Below are positions 58,582 through 64,000 of a stretch of 64,000 nt of DNA, piece by piece (positions within the stretch are counted from its first letter, which is position 1; every line of letters begins with the position of its first letter). This stretch comes from Clostridiales bacterium (GTDB lineage: Bacteria > Bacillota > Clostridia > Christensenellales > CAG-138): assembly GCA_004558825.1 (NCBI GenBank), contig SFDB01000004.1:52678-116677 (forward strand), given 5' to 3'. The notes under the pieces are model-generated. The model made no database searches and was not told the origin of the DNA. It saw only the letters and a program-made list of their open reading frames with translations. A program made the position numbers and the translations under genes.

Positions 58582-59962
58582 ATCGAATTGTTTCTGCCTG
58601 TTCTCTGACGATGCTTTGCTTCAAAAGCGCCAACGCATCTTCAGGGTACCGCTTGCTGAGCACTCCGAGCGACGCCATTATGTAATCGTTGTCAAACATG
58701 AGCTCAAGCGCATCGGGCTTCGGATAAAGCATCATGCGCTGACTGTTGCAGTCCGCCATCGCACGCATGATTCTCCTCCGCTCCGGCAGACGCGTCAGAG
58801 CGCCGCCCGTTGCAACGATATACTTGAGCTTTGTTAGATCCTTACCCTCGGCAATTGTCTGCCTGCCCGACGGCGTATATATGTAGCGGAGCGTGCCGCT
58901 GTGTCGCTTTATCGCTGTTATCCCCGCCTCAAGGCACAGGCGCTGAGTGAGCTTGAGCTGCTCTTCGCTGCGCGGTATCGGTTCATACTCGCTCATGCAT
59001 TTATCGACGTCTATGCCAAGCTCCTTATCAAGCTTCTCCCTGCCTATCATGTCTACAAGATTATGCGCGTTTATATACATGCCAAGGTCGCCCTCGACCG
59101 TACGCTTCGCCATGGGTTCCGGCGACGTCAGTATTGCAGATATCTCATCCGAGCCTTCGGTCACCGAGTGTACATCCGTCGTCGCGCCGCCTATATCTAC
59201 CACAATCAGGTCGCCTATGTCGCCGTAGAGAAGCTGCGCCGCTTCCATCACCGCGCCGGGCGTAGGCATTATGCTGCCCGCCACCATATCTCGTATGTGC
59301 TCCATCCCGGGCGCATTGACTATGTGTTTCTCGAACACTTCGTGAATTATGCGCCTTGCAGGTTCTATATTCAGCACGTCAAGCTTCGGATATACGTTTT
59401 CCGTTATATAGCATGGTATGCCGGCGTTTGCGAATATTTCTTCGACGGCACGCCTGTTTTGCACGTTTCCCGCATATATCACGGGCGCCTTCATGCCGCT
59501 CTGTGCTATCGCTTCAGCATTCCAAAGCGCCGTCTCGCGCTCGCCATAGTCGGTTCCGCCCGCAAGCAGTATAAGGTTTGGCTTTTCCGCTTTCACATCG
59601 TCTAAATCATATTTTGAAAGCTTCCCGGCCGTCGCCATACGCACTATCGCGCCCGCGCCGAGCGCCGCCGCCTGCGCCGCCTTCACGGTCATATCGTATA
59701 TAAGCCCGTGTACACACATCCTGAGCCCGCCCGCTGCGCTCGATGTCGCAAACATTTCGCCGTATTCGAGCTTATCTGCGCCGAGCCGCACGCGCATATC
59801 CTCTATCGCCGCCGCAAGCCCCACTCGCACGTCTCCGTCAAGCACAGACGTCGGCGCCTGTCCCTGCGCGATAAAACGCGGTTTACCCGTACCTATGCCG
59901 CAAAAAGCGTTCACAAGCGTCGTCGTCGAGCCTATCTCCGCAACAAGAATGTCAATAAACAT
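58580..59962 (-). CDS. GlmL/MutL-family protein (putative aminomutase reactivase)
   Basis: 460 aa actin-fold ATPase-like protein (EIGSTTT ... DIGGATTDV). Lies immediately downstream of oraE. Confidence 0.75.
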   Translation of the reverse strand: MFIDILVAEIGSTTTLVNAFCGIGTGKPRFIAQGQAPTSVLDGDVRVGLAAAIEDMRVRLGADKLEYGEMFATSSAAGGLRMCVHGLIYDMTVKAAQAAALGAGAIVRMATAGKLSKYDLDDVKAEKPNLILLAGGTDYGERETALWNAEAIAQSGMKAPVIYAGNVQNRRAVEEIFANAGIPCYITENVYPKLDVLNIEPARRIIHEVFEKHIVNAPGMEHIRDMVAGSIMPTPGAVMEAAQLLYGDIGDLIVVDIGGATTDVHSVTEGSDEISAILTSPEPMAKRTVEGDLGMYINAHNLVDMIGREKLDKELGIDVDKCMSEYEPIPRSEEQLKLTQRLCLEAGITAIKRHSGTLRYIYTPSGRQTIAEGKDLTKLKYIVATGGALTRLPERRRIMRAMADCNSQRMMLYPKPDALELMFDNDYIMASLGVLSKRYPEDALALLKQSIVREQAETIR

Positions 59963-60042
59963 ATACCCTCTTATTAGGGCAGACTCCGCAAAAATGCTGC
60001 AAGGTCTGCCCTATTCTCACTTATTCTGTTCGCAAAGCAGGA

Positions 60043-62268
60043 TTATTTTCCGTTATTTTCCATCTCTCTGCGGCGCTTTACCAGGAACGTAGCAACATGC
60101 ACGCCCTTTGTTCCGCGGCCGAAGCCCTCATCGGCGCCATGCTTGCGCGCAAGCTCCGGTGTTACCTGCGTTCCGCCCGCGCAGAATATGATCTTGTCCC
60201 TAAGGCCCATCTCACGCGCTATACGGTCTATCTTCTCTATATTCTTATAGTGAATGTCATCGTGGCTTATGATGGTTGAGGCAAGTATCGCATCGGCGTT
60301 AAGCTCCACCGCGGCGTTCACGAGCTTCTCCGGCGACACCGATGTGCCGAGATAATGCACCTCGATTCCGTATTTCTCAATGCCGCCGTGCTTGATGTCG
60401 ATTATTTCGCGCAGTCCGACGGAATGCTCATCCTCACCGACCGTGCCGCAGACTATGCGCATAGGCCTGCGCTCGATATCCGCGCGTATCTCATCATCGG
60501 CAAGCGTCTCAGGTTCTTTCGGTATAATAAGCTCCTTGACGTTTATCGCAAACGGAACCTTGCCTTTTACCTCGATGCGTGTGCCTTCCTTGTCGTGCAT
60601 TATCTCACGGTTTATGACCTCGCACTCCGTGAGATTCATTCTGCGCGCCGCTTCGAGCGCCGCCGCCTCGGCAATGCGCTTTTCTGCGGGGAAGAACATC
60701 GTCAGCATCACCGTGCCGTCCGCAAGCCATTCCATCTCGGGACGTATAAGGTCGCTGCCGGGCTTAAATTCCTTGACTTCTGCCATGCGGTTATTTACGT
60801 TGTCCGTTTCATCAAGCTCATCGATATAGATTATCTTTTCCGGGCATTCGAGCGTGCAGCCGCCTATCAGCGCCGACGGATTCTTTTCGTATTGCTCGCC
60901 GTACTGCTTCACATTGTTGTAGCCGTAGTGCGCGGTTACGGGTGCCATATAGTCGCTCTCGCGCTTGAAAATTGTGCCTGCTCCTATGCCGCCGGAGAGT
61001 TTTCGAGCTATACCGTCGCCGTTTCGCTCGGGATAACATCCCGAATCCACGAAGAATCCCTCTTCAACAGCGGCAAAATAGCCGCCCATATCAAGCATCT
61101 CTTCCATGAACAATACGGCGCGCTCCTTGAGCTCTCTCGCCTTTTCTCTAAGGTAGCCATCCTTTTTGAGCTCGACCATGTCCATAAGTCCGTCAAGGCC
61201 TACGAGCGTCTGCTTAGCCGTGTCGCACGCCTCGATATTGTATATGTGCCACGGCACGTTCCTGCCTTCGTCGGGCGTTATTGTCGACTGTATGTCAGCG
61301 CTTGTAAGCTTGCTTATAACCATGTTGAGCACATGCGTTACCGTCGCTTCGCGCGTACTCGCCTCAATGTACTTTGTGTTCATCTGGGCGCGCATACGGT
61401 ACTCGCGGAATACGTCGCGCAGAGCGACCGCATACGGTAGATCCATGTATACGCACGGCGCGGGCGTAGCTGTAGGCGGAACTGTCGAAAGGCATATGTT
61501 CTTCTTGGGCACGCCGACTCTCGCAGAGAATATGGCGTTAATACCGTGCTGTACCATCAGCTCGGGCATCACCTTCCATGCCTCGCGTGCCGTAGCGTTT
61601 GCGTTATGCGCACCGTCTATCTGCGCCATGCCGGCCCACGCTATAAGGCTCTTGGATTCGCACGCATCCACAAACGAACGCGCCATGTTGATATTCCTGT
61701 ATATTACGTTGTACTGCGGATCCTGATGAACGCCGTTTACGCCCTCCTCGGCAAACATGACGGCAATATCGGGGCCGGCAACGCCCGAAACGTAAGAATG
61801 GTAGTTTATCGGCCTGCCAACCTCGTCCTCTATCATGTCGAGCGCCTTGCGCTGCGCCCTGACCTGCTTGCGCGTAATCGGTACGCCGCCCATGCCCTGC
61901 GGTGTGCCCTCTATCAGGCCGTCAAAATGTGACTGTCCCGCCGTCCTTATGACCATGATGTGGTCTGCGCCGTGGTGAGCCGCCATTCTCATGCGTCTGA
62001 TATCATCCTCAAAGCGTCCTGATGCTATCTCCGTCGTAATGACGGGAGCAGGCTGCGGATCGATATTATCAAAATAATGGGCAGGCGGAAGCGGAACGCT
62101 CGACTTGAGCGGCTCCGTACAGTCCCTGTACACAAACGGCCCCATGTGGAGATTGCTTACGGGCTTGCGCCATGTCCATCCCCTGCGCCGCGGACGGTAG
62201 TCCTTGAGATCCTTTAGTATTTCCTCGACATCTATCGGTTTATCGGGAGTAAGTTTGTAATCGCTCAT
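60043..62268 (-). CDS. oraE: D-ornithine 4,5-aminomutase subunit beta (B12- and PLP-dependent)
   Basis: 741 aa. The N-terminal region resembles the lysine-5,6-aminomutase alpha subunit. The C-terminal B12-binding domain carries a DxHxxG motif (EDEHSVG). Confidence 0.9.
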   Translation of the reverse strand: MSDYKLTPDKPIDVEEILKDLKDYRPRRRGWTWRKPVSNLHMGPFVYRDCTEPLKSSVPLPPAHYFDNIDPQPAPVITTEIASGRFEDDIRRMRMAAHHGADHIMVIRTAGQSHFDGLIEGTPQGMGGVPITRKQVRAQRKALDMIEDEVGRPINYHSYVSGVAGPDIAVMFAEEGVNGVHQDPQYNVIYRNINMARSFVDACESKSLIAWAGMAQIDGAHNANATAREAWKVMPELMVQHGINAIFSARVGVPKKNICLSTVPPTATPAPCVYMDLPYAVALRDVFREYRMRAQMNTKYIEASTREATVTHVLNMVISKLTSADIQSTITPDEGRNVPWHIYNIEACDTAKQTLVGLDGLMDMVELKKDGYLREKARELKERAVLFMEEMLDMGGYFAAVEEGFFVDSGCYPERNGDGIARKLSGGIGAGTIFKRESDYMAPVTAHYGYNNVKQYGEQYEKNPSALIGGCTLECPEKIIYIDELDETDNVNNRMAEVKEFKPGSDLIRPEMEWLADGTVMLTMFFPAEKRIAEAAALEAARRMNLTECEVINREIMHDKEGTRIEVKGKVPFAINVKELIIPKEPETLADDEIRADIERRPMRIVCGTVGEDEHSVGLREIIDIKHGGIEKYGIEVHYLGTSVSPEKLVNAAVELNADAILASTIISHDDIHYKNIEKIDRIAREMGLRDKIIFCAGGTQVTPELARKHGADEGFGRGTKGVHVATFLVKRRREMENNGK

Positions 62269-62633
62269 TTTTTATCGCCTCCCACGAACTGCGCCTCTGC
62301 CTCGTCCCAGCATTTGCCCTCGTACAGAAGCAGACCTGCGTCTCTTATTTCAATATTCTTAGCTTTCGCAAGGCGGTAGATAACGTTTCCGGCGCCATGC
62401 GCGATAAGATTGCGCTCAATACAGCCGTTTACTATAGCCTTCGCCTCTACGGACGAGAAGCCCATTCGCAGCAGCACGGAGCGCTCTACCGATGGCGATG
62501 TGTATTCGTAGCCCATCTCGAGCAACGGGTCTACAAGCTTATTTGCAAGCTCCCAAAAGCGCTGTTCAAGCTGTTCGTCGCTCAATGAGGCAAGGTGCTT
62601 GCGGCGTTCTTCAAAATCGTCGTTTCTTTTCAT
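62265..62633 (-). CDS. oraS: D-ornithine 4,5-aminomutase subunit alpha
   Basis: 122 aa. Its stop overlaps the oraE start by 4 nt. Size and position are characteristic of OraS. Confidence 0.85.
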   Translation of the reverse strand: MKRNDDFEERRKHLASLSDEQLEQRFWELANKLVDPLLEMGYEYTSPSVERSVLLRMGFSSVEAKAIVNGCIERNLIAHGAGNVIYRLAKAKNIEIRDAGLLLYEGKCWDEAEAQFVGGDKK

Positions 62634-62650
62634 AGCTTCTCCTTGTAGTA

Positions 62651-64000
62651 TTACAGTGCGGCTATTGCGTTCTTCACAAACGCTTCATCGCTCTTTGTTT
62701 CATCGATAAGGTACTTGATATCGACGTCCGTAAGCTCGTCCTTGTGCATACCGACGGCGTTTTTTATGTGCGAGCGCCTGATGTGGTTAAGGTCGAGGTC
62801 GGTCACGTCTATAAGCGACGGATGCGCGGGAAGTATTATATTCTTACCCGGTATTTCGTCCTTCGGATCTCCGAAATGTATGTCTATACCGTTCTGCCGG
62901 GCAAACCAAAGCTGCGGGTTGATGTGCTTGCCGGCTCCGGTGTACTCCGTCTCCTGAACGACAATCATCTGATCCTCGTCCATCTCCTGCGCTATTTTGA
63001 ACGCCGCCGCAAGCGCCGTGTTGCCGGCGGGGCCCTTTTCAAGGCCTTCGAGACTGGCAAGGCTTTCGGTTATATAGAACACGCTTCCCTGAGTAACGGT
63101 AACATATCTGTCCATATAGCGAAGCGGTCTGCCTGCGCTTCTCGGAACATCGGAACGGTCGGGGTTCGTTGCGAACGGAATGCCGAAGCCCGTATGACCC
63201 GTCGTGAACGACTTCTTGTTAAACTGCTCGTCTGACGCCATGTGAAGTCCCTTGAGGTTCACGCTTGCGCCTATAATCTTAGCGTTGCAGTTTGCCTTCC
63301 TAAGTCCGCGCGCCGTGCCCGTAAGGTTGCCGCCGCCCGCATTTGTGCAGACGACCGCATCGGGATCCCTGCCGTACTTTGCGCGGAACTGATTTGCTAT
63401 CTCATAGCCGAGCGTCTCTATACCTGCAATACCGTAGGGGGTATAAAGTGAAGCATTAAAGTAGCCTGTCTGCTCAAGGAGTATTAGGAACATGTAGAAA
63501 AGCTCAGGCCCCACCGTAAGCTGTATAACCTCTGCGCCGAGAGCTTCGCATTTTCTTGCTTTTTCAATAATTTCGGGCTGCCCCACGCCACGCGAGTCAA
63601 AGCACTCCTGAACAACGATGCACTTTAGCCCTGCCATAGCCGCATGCGATGCCACCGCCGCGCCATAGTTGCCGCTCGTCGCAGCTATAACGCCCTTGTA
63701 GCCCATCTTTTTCGCCTGATAGACGCTTGTAGCGCTGCGGCGCGCCTTAAAGCTGCCCGAAGGGTTAGTCGCTTCATCCTTTATGAATATACGGGCTCCT
63801 TTTCCCTTAGGTGCAAGCTTTCTCGCAAGAGCCGTGAGGTTTTTGAGCTCGATGATAGGAGTGTTGCCTACCGAGAAAAGGCTCTGAACCCTCATTATTT
63901 CTTCTATTGTATAACCGGTAGCGGCCATCATCGCTTCGTAGTCGAACGCTATCTTTCCGCGCTCAAACTGTGAATAGTCCATGCCGACCGCCGTGCGCAT
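62651..64000 (-). CDS. ortB: 2-amino-4-ketopentanoate thiolase beta subunit (PLP), probably truncated at the window edge
   Basis: At least 449 aa. It is a tryptophan-synthase-beta-like PLP fold (SGSFKARR, ATSGNYG). The ORF runs to the end of the window. Confidence 0.85.
   Translation of the reverse strand: MRTAVGMDYSQFERGKIAFDYEAMMAATGYTIEEIMRVQSLFSVGNTPIIELKNLTALARKLAPKGKGARIFIKDEATNPSGSFKARRSATSVYQAKKMGYKGVIAATSGNYGAAVASHAAMAGLKCIVVQECFDSRGVGQPEIIEKARKCEALGAEVIQLTVGPELFYMFLILLEQTGYFNASLYTPYGIAGIETLGYEIANQFRAKYGRDPDAVVCTNAGGGNLTGTARGLRKANCNAKIIGASVNLKGLHMASDEQFNKKSFTTGHTGFGIPFATNPDRSDVPRSAGRPLRYMDRYVTVTQGSVFYITESLASLEGLEKGPAGNTALAAAFKIAQEMDEDQMIVVQETEYTGAGKHINPQLWFARQNGIDIHFGDPKDEIPGKNIILPAHPSLIDVTDLDLNHIRRSHIKNAVGMHKDELTDVDIKYLIDETKSDEAFVKNAIAAL

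Overview
This window looks like a chromosomal segment from a spore-forming Clostridia-type Firmicute. That placement rests on gene content only; no database search was run. Nearly all of it is core housekeeping DNA.

Main blocks, in order:
- A CorC/HlyC-family transporter, ylmC, cysK and a T-box-controlled thrS.
- An aminotransferase, a MATE pump and a methionine gamma-lyase-type enzyme.
- prfB (with its programmed +1 frameshift) and secA.
- A DAP/dipicolinate block: asd-dapA convergent with spoVFA-spoVFB-aspartokinase.
- A complete dcw cluster on the minus strand: mraZ-rsmH-ftsL-pbp-murE-mraY-murD-ftsW-murA-ftsQ-ftsA-ftsZ-ylmH.
- metK, ssrA (tmRNA), galE-hpt-tilS, ychF, yhaM and two alpha/beta-type SASP genes.
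- The start of an oxidative ornithine-degradation cluster: ortB-oraS-oraE plus a GlmL-like gene.

The only clearly accessory DNA is a roughly 3.6-kb decayed integrative element between metK and the 3' end of ssrA.

I found no CRISPR array, rRNA, tRNA or recognisable multi-gene defence system. The most interesting unexplained signals are:
1. An ORF-less promoter-to-terminator unit at the metK/island junction, a candidate sRNA.
2. A GC-rich multi-hairpin block between spoVFB and the aspartokinase gene.
3. A long leader carrying a repeated 9-mer upstream of a zinc-ribbon gene.
4. A translationally coupled operon of a zinc-ribbon/DUF6320 membrane protein, an HHxxxDG acyltransferase and an esterase.
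5. A stand-alone alpha-oxoamine synthase that resembles serine palmitoyltransferase.

All calls come from reading the sequence and from remembered family motifs. Nothing was searched or computed beyond hand counting.
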